64,000 nt of DNA from the human T2T-CHM13v2.0 reference genome, Homo sapiens. The stretch is taken from assembly GCF_009914755.1 (NCBI RefSeq), contig NC_060939.1; one strand, written 5' to 3'. Positions 1 through 14,300 of this stretch are shown here, piece after piece (the stretch's first letter is position 1; each line of letters opens with the position of its first letter). Below the pieces are notes generated by a model. The model was not told the DNA's origin. It worked only from the letters and a program-made list of their open reading frames with translations, and searched no databases. The position numbers and the translations under genes were made by a program.

Positions 1-3000
1 CTATTTCATTCCATTCGATTCCCTTCCATTGGACTCCTTTCCATTCGAGTGCATTCCATTCCGTTCCATTTCTTTCTGTTCTGTATGATTCCTACTGTTC
101 GATTTCATTTTGTTCCAGTCTATTCCTTTCAAGTCCATTCCATTCCATTTCACTCCATTCGATTCCATTCCACTCGATTCCACTCCGTTCCATTTCATTG
201 CATTCCATTCTATTCAATTCTATTGCATTCCACTCCATTCCATTTGATTACATTCCATGCGATTCCATTCGAATTCGAATCAATTACATTGCAATCCATT
301 ACTATTGAGTCCGTTTTATTCCAGTCCACTGCATTCTGGTCCATTCCATTTGATTCCATTCCATTCTATTCCATTCCATACAGTTGCATTCCATTGGATT
401 CCATGCTATATCTATAAATTCAATTCGAGACCATTGCTTTTGAGTCCATTCTATATGATTCCATTCCATTCAAGTCCATTACATTTGTTTCAATTCCATT
501 CCATTCCATTCCCTTCCATTCCATTCCATTTGATATCAATCCATACGATTCCATTCCATTCGAGCACATTCCATTCGAGTCCATTCCATTCGATGCCATT
601 CCATTTAATTCTATTCCATTAGACTCCATTCAATTCCATTAATCTCCATTCCATTCCATTCTACTCCAACTGATTCCATTCCATTCTATTCGTTTCCATT
701 CCATTCCATTCCATTCGCTTCCATTCCATTCGTGTCCATTCCACTCCAGTCCATTCCATTCGTGTCCATTCCATTCCAGTCCATTCCATTTGTGTCCACC
801 GCATTCCATTCCACTCCATTCCATATTATTCCATTACACTCCATTCCATTCTATTACTTTCATTTCCATTCAGTTCCATTCCATTTGATTCCATTCCACT
901 CGGTTTCATTCCATTTGAGTCCATTCCATTCCATTCCATTCCATTCCATTCCATTCCGTTCCATTCCATTCTGTTCCATTCCATTCCATTCCATTCTATT
1001 GGGTACCATTCCATATTGTTCCATTCGATTCCATTCGAATCCATTCCATTCCAGTCCATTCCATTCGATTCCATTCCATTCCTTTCAATTCCATTCCATT
1101 CCTTTCGACTCCTCTTGATTCCACTCCATTCCCTTCCACTGCATTCCATTCGATTCCATTCCATTGCATTGCATTCCATTCCATTGAATTGCATTCCATT
1201 CGATTACATTCCATTCGAATCAATTACATAGCAATCCATTACATTCGAGTCTGTTCTATTCCGTTCCATTTGATTTCGTTGCAATCCATTCGATTCCATT
1301 CCATTCGATTCCATTCCATACTATTGCATTCCATTCGATTAAATTATACTCGAATAAATTCCATTCAAGACCATTTCTGTTGAGTCCATTCTACTTGAGT
1401 ACATTCCCTTTGATTCCACAACATTTGAGTCCATTCAATTCCATTCCTTTCGTTTCCATTCCATTTGATGCCATTCCATTCAATTCTGTTCTACTCGACT
1501 CCAATACATTCAATTCCATTCCATCCGATTCCATTACATTCTTTTCATTTCTTATCCATTTCAAGCCATTCCATTCCATTCCATTCCATTCCACTCGTTT
1601 CCTTTCCATTCGAGTCCATTCCACTCCAGTCCATTCCATTCGAATCCATTTCACTCCAGTCCATTCCGTTCGATTCCATTTCACTCCAGTCCATTAAATT
1701 CGAGTACATTCCATTCCATTCTATTCAATGCCATTCCATTCGATTCTATTCCATTCGACACCATTCCTTTCCATTCCGTTCCATCCGATTCCATTCCATT
1801 GTATTCCATTCCATTGCATTCCATTGCATTCCATTCGTTTCCATTACATTCGAATTCATTCCACTCAAGTCCATTCCATTCGAGTCCATTCCATTCGATA
1901 TCATTCCATACTATTGCATTCCATTCGATTCCATTGTTTTCCAATAAATTCCAACCGAGACTGTTCCTTTCGTGTCCATTCTATTTGACTGCATTCCATT
2001 TGAGTCCATTAAATTTCTGCACATTCCATTCCTTTCCATTCCATTCCATTCCATTCCTTTCGGTGCCATTCCATTCCACTCTACTCCATTCAAGTCCATT
2101 CCATTTGAGTCCATTCCATTGATTCGATGCCATTACATTCAATTCTATTCCATTCGACTCCATTGCATTCCATTCCCTTCCAAACGATTCCATTCCATTC
2201 TATTACTTTCTATTCCAATCCATTCCATTCCGTTCCATTCGTTTCCATTCCATTCGAGTCCACTCCATTCCAGTCCATTCCATTCGAGTCCATTCCATTC
2301 CAGTCCATTCCATTCAAGTCCATTCCACTCCATTCCATTCCATTCGATATCTTTCGATAACACCCCATTCCATTCTGCTCCTTAGTATTCAATTCAATTC
2401 CATTCCATTTGATTCCATTCCATTTGATTACATTCCATTCGACTCCATTCCATTCGACTCTATTCCATTCGAGTCCATTCCATTCCATTCCATTGCATTC
2501 CGTTCGAATCCCTATTCCATTCCATTTTGTTACTGTCCATTCCATTTGAGTCCATTCCACGCCAAACCATTCCATTCGATTCCATTCCAATAGATTCCAT
2601 TGCACTTGAATCCAGTGCGTTCCATTCCATTGCTTTCCATTCTATCACATTCCATTCCATTCCATTGCATTACATTCCATTCCATTTGATTGCATTCCAT
2701 TCAATTCCATTAATTTCGAATCAATTACATTGCAAGCCATTGCATTCGAGTTCTATTCCAGTCCATTGCATTCCGGTGCATGCCGTTCCATTCCATTCCA
2801 TTCGCTTCCGTTCCATTCGAATCGACTGCATTGCAATGCTTTACATTCGAGTCCGTTTTATTCCAGTCCAATCCATTCCGTTCCATTCCGTTCGATTCCA
2901 TTCCATTCGATGCCACTCCATACTATAGTATTTCATTCGATTCCATTCTATTCAAATAAATTCCATTCGAGACCATTCCTTTCGAGTCCATTCTATTTGA

Positions 3001-3521
3001 GTCCATTCCATTCGAGTCCATTATATTTGGGTCCACTCCATTCAATTCCATTGCAATCGATTCCATTCGATGTCACTCCATTCATTTCTATTCCATTAGA
3101 GTCCATGTCATTCGAGACCATTCCATTCTATTCTATTCCACTCCATTCCATTCCATTCCACTCCATTCCATTCGTTGCCGTTCCATTCAATTCTATTATA
3201 TTCCCCTCCATTTAATTCCATTCCATTCCATTCCATTCCATTCCATTCTATCCAATTCCGTTCCATTCTATTCCTTTAAAGTCCATTCCATTCCATTCCA
3301 TTCGTTTCCACTCCATTCGAGTAATGTCCACTCCAGTCCTTTCCATTCGAGTCCATTCATCTCCAGTCCATTCCGTTCAATCCATTCCATTCCAGTCCAT
3401 TCCATTCGAGTCCGTTCCATTCCAGTCCATTCCATTCGAGTCAATTCCATTCCATTCGATATTTTTCCATAACGATCCATTCCATTCTATTCCTTTCGAT
3501 TCTATTCAATTCCATTCCATT
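1..3521 (+). repeat. Standard monomer U1 (3,521 bp; boundary arbitrarily set at window start)
   Basis: Landmark ctatttcattccattcgattcccttcc(a/g)ttggactcc recurs at 1 and 3522; ORF 1..198 recurs as 3522..3719. Confidence 0.92.
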
Positions 3522-6500
3522 CTATTTCATTCCATTCGATTCCCTTCCGTTGGACTCCTTTCCATTCGAGTGCATTCCATTCCGTTCCATATCTTTCTGT
3601 TCTGTATGATTCCTACCGTTCGATTTCATTTTGTTCCAGTCTATTCCTTTCAAGTCCATTCCATTCCATTTCACTCCATTCGATTCCATTCCACTCGATT
3701 CCACTCCGTTCCATTTCATTGCATTCCATTCTATTCAATTCTATTGCATTGCATTCCATTCCATTGGATTACATTCCATGCGATTCCATTCGATTTCGAA
3801 TCAATTACATTGAAATCCATTACTATTGTGTCCGTTTTATTCCAGTCCACTCCATTCTGCTCCATTCCATTTGATTCCATTCCATTCTATTCCATTCCGT
3901 ACAGTTGCATTCCATTGGATTCCATTCTATATCGATAAATTCAACTCGAGACCATTGCTTTTGAGTCCATTCTATATGATTCCATTCCATTCAAGTCCAT
4001 TACATTTGGTTCAATTCCATTCCATTCCATTCCCTTCCATTCCATTCCATTTGATATCAATCCATTCGATTCCATTCCATTCGAGCACATTCCATTCGAG
4101 TCCATTCCATTCGATGCCATTCCATTTGATTCTATTCCATTAGTCTCCATTCAATTCCATTAATCTCCATTCCATTCCATTCTACTCCAACTGATTCCAT
4201 TCCATTCTATTCCTTTCCGTTCCATTCCATTCCATTCCATTCGTTTCCATTCCATTCGTGTCCATTCCACTCCAGTCCATTCCGTTCGTGTCCATTCCAT
4301 TCCACTCCATTCCATTTGTGTCCACTGCATTCCATTCCACTCCATTCCATATTATTCCATTACACTCCATTCCATTCTATTACTTTCATTTCCATTCAGT
4401 TCCATTCCATTTGATTCCATTCCACTCGGTTTCACTCCATTTGAGTTCATTCCATTCCATTCCATTCCATTCCATTCCATTCCATTCCATTCCATTCTGT
4501 TCCATTCCATTCCATTCCATTCGGTACCATTCCATATTGTTCCATTCGATTCCATTCGAATCCATTCCATTCCATTCCATTCCATTCGATTCCATTCCAT
4601 TCCTTTCCATTCCATTCCATTCCATTCGATTCCACTTGATTCCACTCCATTCCCTTCCACTGCATTCCATTCGATTCCATTCCATTGCATTGCATTCCAT
4701 TCCATTGGATTGCATTCCATTCGATTCAATTCCATTCCAATCAATTACATAGCAATCCATTACATTCGAGTCTATTCTATTCCGTTCCATTCGATTTCGT
4801 TCCAATCCATTCGATTCCATTCCATTCGATTCCATTCCATACTATTGCCTTCCATTCGATTAAATTATATTCGAATAAATTCCATTCAAGACCATTTCTG
4901 TTGAGTCTATTCTACTTGAGTCCATTCCTTTTGATTCCATAACATTTGAGTCCATTCAATTCCATTCCTTTCGTTTCCATTCCATTTGATGCCATTCCAT
5001 TCAATTCTGTTCTACTCGACTCCAATACATTCAACTCCATTCCATCCGATTCCATTACATTCTTTTCATTTCTTATTCATTTCAAGCCATTCCATTCCAT
5101 TCCACTCGTTTCCTTACCATTCGAGTCCATTCCATTCGAATCCATTTCACTCCAGTCCATTAAATTCGAGTACATTCCATTCCATTCTATTCAATGCCAT
5201 TCCATTCGATTCTATTCCATTCGACACCATTCCTTTCCATTCCGTTCCATCCGATTCCATTCCATTGTATTCCATTCAATTCCATTCCATTGCATTCCAT
5301 TCGTTTCCATTCCATTCGAATTCATTCCACTCAAGTCCATTCCATTCGAGTCCATTCCATTCGATATCATTCCATGCTATTGCATTCCATTCGATTCCAT
5401 TGTTTTCGAATAAATTCCAACCGAGACCGTTCCTTTCGTGTCCATTCTATTTGACTGCATTCCATTTGAGTCCATTAAATTTCTGCACATTCCATTCCTT
5501 TCCATTCCATTCCATTCCATTCCTTTCGGTGCCATTCCATTCCACTCTACTCCATTCAAGTCCATTCCATTTGAGTCCATTCCATTGATTCGATGCCATT
5601 ACTTTCAATTCTATTACATTAGACTCCATTCCATTCCATTCCCTTCCAAACGATTCCATTCCATTTTATTACTTTCTATTCCAATCCATTCCATTCCGTT
5701 CCATTCGTTTCCATTCCATTCGTGTCCACTCCATTCCATTCCATTCCATTCGATTCCATTCCATTCCAGTCCATTCCATTCAAGTCCATTCCACTCCATT
5801 CCATTCCATTCGATATCTTTCGATAACACCCCATTCCATTCTGCTCCTTACTATTCATTCCGGCGCATTCCGTTCCAATCCATTCCATTCCATTCCATTC
5901 CATTTGAATCCATTGCATTGCAATGCTTTACATTCGAGTCCGTTTTATTCCAGTCCAATCCATTCTGGTCCATTCCGTTCGATTCCATTCCATTCGATGC
6001 CACTCCATACTATTGTATTTCATTCGATTCCATTCTATTCAAATAAATTCCATACGAGACCATTCGTTTCGAGTCCATTCTATTTGAGTCCATTATATTT
6101 GGGTCCATTCCATTCAATTCCATTGCAATCCATTCCATTCGATGTCACCCCATTCATTTCTGTTCCATTAGAGTCCATGTCATTCGAGTCCATTCCATTC
6201 TATTCTATTCCACTCCATTCCATTCCATTCCACTCCATTCCAATTGTTGCCGTTCCATTCAATTCTATTATATTCCGCTCCATGTAATTCCATTGCATTC
6301 CATTCCATTCCATTCCATTCTATCCAATTCCGTTCCATTCTATTCCTTTAAAGTCCATTCCATTCCATTCCATTCATTTCCATTCCATTCGAGTAAAGTC
6401 CACTCCAGTCCTTTCCATTCGAGTCCATTCCTCTCCAGTCCATTCCGTTCAATCCATTCCATTCCAGTCCATTCCATTCGAGTCCGTTCCATTCCAGTCC

Positions 6501-6593
6501 GTTCCATTCGAGTCAATTCCATTCCATTTGATATCTTTCCATAACGATCCATTCCATTCTATTCCTTTCAATTCCATTCAATTCCATTCCATT
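3522..6593 (+). repeat. Monomer U2 (3,072 bp), internally deleted by ~380 bp plus small indels
   Basis: Landmark spacing; junction ctgctccttactattc|attccggcgc at ~5855. Confidence 0.85.
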
Positions 6594-9500
6594 CCATTTC
6601 ATTCCATTCGATTCCCTTCCATTGGACTCCTTTCCATTCGAGTGCATTCCATTCCGTTCCATTTCTTTCTGTTCTGTATGATTCCTACTGTTCGATTTCA
6701 TTTTGTTCCAGTCTATTCCTTTCACGTTCATTCCATTCCATTTCACTCCATTCGATTCCATTCCACTCGATTCCACTCCGTTCCATTTCACTGCATTCCA
6801 TTCTATTCAATTCTATTGCATTCCATTCCATTCCATTTGATTACATTCCATGCGATTCCATTCGAATTCGAATCAATTACATTGCAATCCATTACTATTG
6901 AGTCCGTTTTATTCCAGTCCACTCCATTCTGGTCCATTCCATTTGATTCCATTCCATTCTATTCCATTCCATACAGTTGCATTCCATTCGATTCCATTCT
7001 ATATCTATAAATTCAACTCGAGACCATTGCTTTTGAGTCCATTCTATATGATTCCATTCCATTCAAGTCCATTACATTTGGTTCAATTCCATTCCATTCC
7101 ATTCCCTTCCATTCCATTCCATTTGATATCAATCCATTCGATTCCATTCCATTCGAGCACATTCCATTCGAGTCCATTCCATTCGATGCCATTCCATTTG
7201 ATTCTATTCCATTAGTCTCCATTCAATTCCACTAATCTCCATTCCATTCCATTCTACTCCAACTGATTCCATTCCATTCTATTCCATTTCATTCCATTCC
7301 ATTCCATTCCATTCCATTCGCTTCCATTCCATTCGTGTTCATTCCACTCCAGTCCATTCCATTCGTGTCCATTCCATTCCAGTCCATTCCATTTGTGTCC
7401 ACTGCATTCCATTCCACTCCATTCCATATTATTCCATTACACTCCATTCCATTCTATTACTTTCATTTCCATTCAATTCCATTCCATTTGATTCCATTCC
7501 ACTCGGTTTCATTCCATTTGAGTCCACTCCATTCCATTCCATTCCATGCCATGCCATTCCATTCCATTCCATTCCATTCCATTCCATTCTGTACCATTCC
7601 ATATTGTTCCATTCGATTCCATTCGAATCCATTCCATTCCAGTCCATTCCATTCGATTCCATTCCATTACTTTCTATTCCATTCCTTTCAATTCCATTCC
7701 ATTCCACTTGATTCCACTCCATTCCCTTCCACTGCATTCCATTCGATTCCATTCCATTACATTGCATTCCATTCCATTGGATTGCATTCCATTCGACTCC
7801 ATTCCATTCCAATCAATTACATAGCAATCCATGACATTCGAATCTATTCTATTCCGTTCCATTCGATTTCGTTCCAATCCATTCGATTCCATTCCATTCG
7901 ATTCCATTCCATACTATTGCATTCCATTCGATTAAATTATATTCGAATAAATTCCATTCAAGACCATTTCTGTTGAGTCTATTCTACTAGAGTCCATTCC
8001 CTTTGATCCCATAACATTTCAGTCCATTCAATTCCATTCCTTTCGTTTCCATTCCATTTGATGCCATTCCATTCAATTCTGTTCTACTCGACTCCAATAC
8101 ATTCAATTCCATTCCATCCGATTCCATTACATTCTTTTCATTTCTTATCCATTTCAAGCCATTCCATTCCATTCCATTCCATTCCACTCGTTTGCTTTCC
8201 ATTCGAGTCCATTCCACTCCAGTCCATTCCATTCGAATCCATTTCACTCCAGTCCATTCCATTCGAATCCATTTCACTCCAGTCCATTAAATTCGAGTAC
8301 ATTCCATTCCATTCTATTCAATGCCATTCCATTCGATTCTATTCCATTCGACACCATTCCTTTCCATTCCGTTCCATCCGATTCCATTCCATTGTATTCC
8401 ATTCAATTCCATTCCATTGCATTCCATTCCATTCCAATCGTTTCCATTCCATTCGAATTCATTCCACTCAAGTCCATTCCATTCGAGTCCATTCCATTCC
8501 AGTCCATTCCAACAGAGTCCATTGCTTTCCATTCCATTCGATATCTTCCCATTACAGTCCATTCCATTCTATTCCTTTGGTTCCCATTCAATTAAATTCC
8601 ATTGGATTACATTTCATTCGATTCCATTCCATTCGACTCCATTCCATTCGAGTCCATTCCATTCCAGTCCATTCCATTCGATTCCATTCCATTCGATTCC
8701 ATTCCACTCATTTCCACTCCGTTGCATTCCATTGCATTCCATTCCATTCCATTGGATTACATTCCATTCGATTCCATTCTATTCGAATCAATTGCTTTGC
8801 AATGCATTACATTCATGCCCTTTCTATTAAAGTTCAATCCATTATGGTCCATTCCATTCAATTCCATTCTATTCCATTCCATTCGAATCAATTACATTGC
8901 AGTCCATCACATTCGAGTACGTTCTGTTCCAGTCCATTCAGTTCTGGTCTATTCCATTCAATTCCATTCACTTTGATTCCATTCCCTTTGATTCCATTCC
9001 ATTTTTGTACATTCCATTGGATTCCATCTTATTGAAATAAGTTCTATTCGAGACCATTTCTTCGAGTCCAATCAATTTGAGTCCATTCCATTCGAGTCCA
9101 TTATATCTGGGTCTATTCCATTCCATCCCATTCCGTTCGATGCCATTCAATTTGATTCTTTTCCATTCGTCTCCATTCCTTTCCATTCAGTTCCATCGGA
9201 TTCCATTCCATTCTATTCCTTTCCATTTCATTGCATTCCATTCTATTCCACTGGAGACCATTCCACTTCAGTGCATTCCATTCCAGTGTATTCCATTCCA
9301 GTGTATTCCATTCCATTCCATTCCATTCCATTCCATTCCATTCCATTCCATTCCATTCCATTCCATTCCATTCCATTCGATATCTTTCCATTACACTCCA
9401 TTCCATTGTATTCCTTTACAGTCCATTCAATTCCATTCTATTCGATTCCATTCAATTCAATTCCATTACATTCGACTCCATTTCATTAGTGTCCATTGCA

Positions 9501-11394
9501 ATCCATTCCATTCCATTTCTTTATGTTCTATTCCATTCCGTTCGATTCCATTTTATTCCAGTCCATTCCATTCGAGTCCATTGCATTCCAGTGCAATTCA
9601 TTTGATTCCACTCCATTCGATTCTATTCCACTCAATTCCACTCCGTTCCATTCCTTTGCGTTCCTTTCTATTCCATTCCATTGCATTCCATTCCATTCCA
9701 TTCCATTCCATTCCATTCCATTCCATTTCATTTGTTTACATTCCATTGAATTCCAATCCAGTTGAATCAATTACATTGCAGTCCATTACATTCGAGTCTG
9801 TTCTATCCCAGTTCATTCGATTCTGGTGCATTCCATTCGATTCCATTCCATTCGATACCATTCCATACTATTGCAGTCCATTCCATTCCATTGTTGTCGA
9901 ATAAATTCCAATTGAGACCATTCATTTCGTGTCCATTCTATTTGACTCCATTCCATTTGAGTCCATTAAATTTGTGCACATTCCATTCCTTTCCATTCCA
10001 TTCCATTCGGTGCCATTCCATTCCACTCTATTCCATTCAAGTCCATTCCATTTGAGTCCATTCCATTCCATTCGATGCCATTACATTCAATTCTATTACA
10101 TTCGACTCCATTCCATTCCATTCCCTTCCAAACGATTCCATTCCATTCTATTACTTTCTATTCCAATCCATTCCATTCCGTTCCATTCGTTTCCATTCCA
10201 TTCGAGTCCACTCCACTCCAGTCCATTCCATTCGAGTCCACTCCATTCCAGTCCATTCCATTCAAGTCCATTCCACTCCATTCCATTCCATTCGATATCT
10301 TTCGATAACACCCCATTCCATTCTGTTCCTTACAATTCAATTCAATTCCATTCCATTTGATTCCATTCCATTTGATTCCATTCCATTCGACTCCATTCCA
10401 TTCGACTCTATTCCATTCAAGTCCATTCCATTCCATTCCATTGCATTCCGTTCGAATCCCTATTCCATTCCATTTTGTTCCAGTCCATTCCATTTGAGTC
10501 CATTCCATGCCAATCCATTCCATTCGATTCCATTCCAATTGATTCCATTGCACTCGAATCCAGTGCGTTCCATTCCATTGCTTTCCATTCGATTCCATTC
10601 CATTGCATTACATTCCATTCCATTTGATTACATTCCATTAAATTCCATTAATTTCGAATCAATTACATTGCAATCCATTGCATTCGAGTTCTATTCCAGT
10701 CCATTGCATTCCGGCGCATTCCGTTCCATTCCATTCCATTCGATTCCATTCCATTCGAATCCATTGCATTGCAATGCTTTACATTCGAGTCCGTTTTATT
10801 CCAGTCCAATCCATTCCGGTCCATTCCGTTCGATTCCATTCCATTCGATGCCACTCCATACTATTGTATTTCATTCGATTCCATTCTATTCAAATAAATT
10901 CCATTCGAGACCATTCGTTTCGAGTCCATACTATTTGAGTCCATTCCATTTGAGTCCATTACATTTGGGTCCATTCCATTCAATTCCATTGCAATCCATT
11001 CCATTCGATGTCACCCCATTCATTTCTATTCCATTAGAGTCCATGTCATTCGAGTCCATTCCATTCTATTCCATTCCACTCCATTCCATTCCATTCCATT
11101 CCATTCCATTCCATTCCATTCTATCCAATTCCGTTCCATTCTATTCCTTTAAAGTCCATTCCATTCCATTCCATTCATTTCCATTCCATTCGAGTAAAGT
11201 CCACTCCAGTCCTTTCCATTCGAGTCCATTCCTCTCCAGTCCATTCCGTTCAATCCATTCCACCCCAGTCCATTCCATTCGAGTCCGTTCCATTCCAGTC
11301 CGTTCCATTCGAGTCAATTCCATTCCATTTGATATCTTTCCATAACGATCCATTCCATTCTATTCCTTTCAATTCCATTCAATTCCATTCCAGT
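6594..11394 (+). repeat. Long-form monomer U3 (4,801 bp)
   Basis: Landmark spacing; extra ~1.36 kb segment with markers aacagagtcc (8511), tttttgtac (~9002), ctggagacc (~9251). Confidence 0.88.
9305..9378 (+). repeat. Pure (ATTCC)n tract, ~15 units, the longest I noticed
   Basis: Uninterrupted pentamers; the homologous tract is much shorter near 24150, 26150 and 31250. Confidence 0.8.
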
Positions 11395-14300
11395 CCATTT
11401 CATTCCATTCGATTCCCTTCCATTGGACTCCTTTCCATTCGAGTGCATTCCATTCCATTCCATTTCTTTCTGTTCTGTATGATTCCTACAGTTCGATTTC
11501 ATTTTGTTCCAGTCTATTCCTTTCACGTTCATTCCATTCCATTTCACTCCATTCGATTCCATTCCACTCGATTCCACTCCGTTCCATCTCACTGCATTGC
11601 ATTCTATTCAATTCTATTGCATTCCATTCCATTCCATTTGATTACATTCCATGCGATTCCATTAGAATTCGAATCAATTACATTGCAATCCATTACTATT
11701 GAGTCCGTTTTATTACAGTCCACTCCATTCTGGTCCATTCCATTTGATTCCATTCCATTCTATTCCACTCCATACAGTTGCATTCCATTGGATTTCATTC
11801 TATATCTATAAATTCAATTCGAGACCATTGCTTTGGAGTCCATTCTATATGATTCCATTCCATTCAAGTCCATTACATTTGGTTCAATTCCATTCCATTC
11901 CATTCCCTTCCATTCCATTCCATTTGATATCAATCCATTCGATTCCATTCCATTCGAGCACATTCCATTCGAGTCCATTCCATTCGATGCCATTCCATTT
12001 AATTCTATTCCATTAGACTCCATTCAATTCCATTAATCTCCATTCCATTCCATTCTACTCCAACTGATTCCATTCCATTCTATTCCTTTCCATTCCATTC
12101 CATTCCATTCGCTTCCATTCCATTCGTGTCCATTCCACTCCAGTCCATTCCATTCGTGTCCATTCCATTCCAGTCCATTCCATTTGTGTCCACTGTATTC
12201 CATTACACTCCATTCCATATTATTCCATTACACTCCATTCCATTCTATTACTTTCATTTCCATTCAGTTCCATTCCATTTGATTCCATTCCACTCGGTTT
12301 CATTCCATTTGAGTCCATTCCATTCCATTCCATTCCATTCCGTTCCATTCCATTCTGTTCCATTCCATTCCATTCCATTCTATTGGGTACCATTCCATAT
12401 TGTTCCATTCGATTCCATTCGAATCCATTCCATTCCAGTCCATTCCATTGGATTCCATTCCATTCCTTTCAATTCCATTCCATTCCTTTCGACTCCACTT
12501 GATTCCACTCCATTCCCTTCCACTGCATTCCATTCGATTCCATTCCATTGCATTGCATTCCATTCCATTGAATTGCATTCCATTCGATTCCATTCCATTC
12601 GAATCAATTATATAGCAATCCATGACATTCGAGTCTGTTCTATTCCGTTCCATTCGATTTCGTTCCAATCCATTCGATTCCATTCCATTCGATTCCATTC
12701 CATACTATTGCATTCCATTCGATTAAATTATACTCGAATAAATTCCATTCAAGACCATTTCTGTTGAGTCCATTCTACTTGAGTCCATTCCCTTTGATTC
12801 CACAACATTTGAGTCCATTCAATTCCATTCCTTTCGTTTCCATTCCATTTGATGCCATTCCATTCAATTCTGTTCTACTCGACTCCAATACATTCAATTC
12901 CATTCCATCCGATTCCATTACATTCTTTTCATTTCTTATCCATTTCAAGCCATTCCATTCCATTCCATTCCATTCCACTCGTTTCCTTTCCATTCGAGTC
13001 CATTCCACTCCAGTCCATTCCATTCGAATCCATTTCACTCCAGTCCATTCCATTCGAATCCATTTCACTCCAGTCCATTAAATTCGAGTACATTCCATTC
13101 CATTCTATTCAATGCCATTCCATTCGATTCTATTCCATTCGACACCATTCCTTTCCATTCCGTTCCATCCGATTCCATTCCATTGTATTCCGTTCCATTC
13201 CATTCCATTGCATTCCATTCGTTTCCATTCCATTCGAATTCATTCCACTCAAGTCCATTCCATTCGAGTCCATTCCATTCGATATCATTCCATACTATTG
13301 CATTCCATTCGATTCCATTGTTTTCCAATAAATTCCAACCGAGACCATTCCTTTCGTGTCCATTCTATTTGACTGCATTCCATTTGAGTCCATTAAATTT
13401 CTGCACATTCCATTCCTTTCCATTCCATTCCATTCCTTTCGGTGCCATTCCATTCCACTCTAATCCATTCAAGTCCATTCCATTTGAGTCCATTCCATTG
13501 ATTCGATGCCATTACATTCAATTCTATTCCATTCGACTCCATTGCATTCCATTCCCTTCCAAACGATTCCATTCCATTCTATTACTTTCTATTCCAATCC
13601 ATTCCATTCCGTTCCATTCGTTTCCATTCCATTCGAGTCCACTCCATTCCAGTCCATTCCATTCCAGTCCATTCCATTCAAGTCCATTCCATTCAAGTCC
13701 ATTCCACTCCGTTCCATTCCATTCGATATCTTTCGATAACACCCCATTCCATTCTGCTCCTTAATATTCAATTCAATTCCATTCCATTTGATTCCATTCC
13801 ATTTGATTACATTCCATTCGACTCCATTCCATTCGACTCTATTCCATTCGAGTCCATTCCATTCCATTCCATTGCATTCCGTTCGAATCCCTATTCCATT
13901 CCATTTTGTTACTGTCCATTCCATTTTAGTCCATTCCATGCCAAACCATTCCATTCGATTCCATAACAATAGATTCCATTGCACTCGAATCCAGTGCGTT
14001 CCATTCCATTGCTTTCCATTCTATTACATTCCATTGCATTACATTCCATTCCATTTGATTGCATTCCATTCAATTCCATTAATTTCGAATCAATTACATT
14101 GCAATCCATTGCATTCGAGTTCTATTCCAGTCCATTGCATTCCGGCGCATGCCGTTCCATTCCATTCCATTCGATTCCGTTCCATTCGAATCGATTGCAT
14201 TGCAATGCTTTACATTCGAGTCCGTTTTATTCCAGTCCAATCCATTCTGGTCCATTCCGTTCGATTCCATTCCATTCGATGCCACTCCATACTATTGTAT

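Noticed and set aside
410-425. TATAAA and AATAAA motifs as promoter or polyA signals
   Set aside because: They are part of the repeated subunit cassette, with no associated gene or other supporting evidence.
1001-1007. One KpnI site per monomer, suggesting chr15 D15Z1 (1.8 kb KpnI repeat)
   Set aside because: Spacing is ~3.5 kb rather than 1.8 kb, the site is lost in some units, and the internal periodicity is ~1 kb.
1-3521. Assignment to Y-chromosome DYZ1 because of the ~3.5 kb period
   Set aside because: Size alone is insufficient. I did not find the DYZ1 landmark sequence as I recall it (TTTATTCCAGGCCTGTCC), and there is no interspersed AT-rich DYZ2 block. A database search is needed.
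8058-9035. Longest ORF (320-325 aa), recurring at 22933, 24932 and 30029
   Set aside because: Its recurrence simply follows duplication of the long-form monomer, and it is low-complexity with a non-ATG start.
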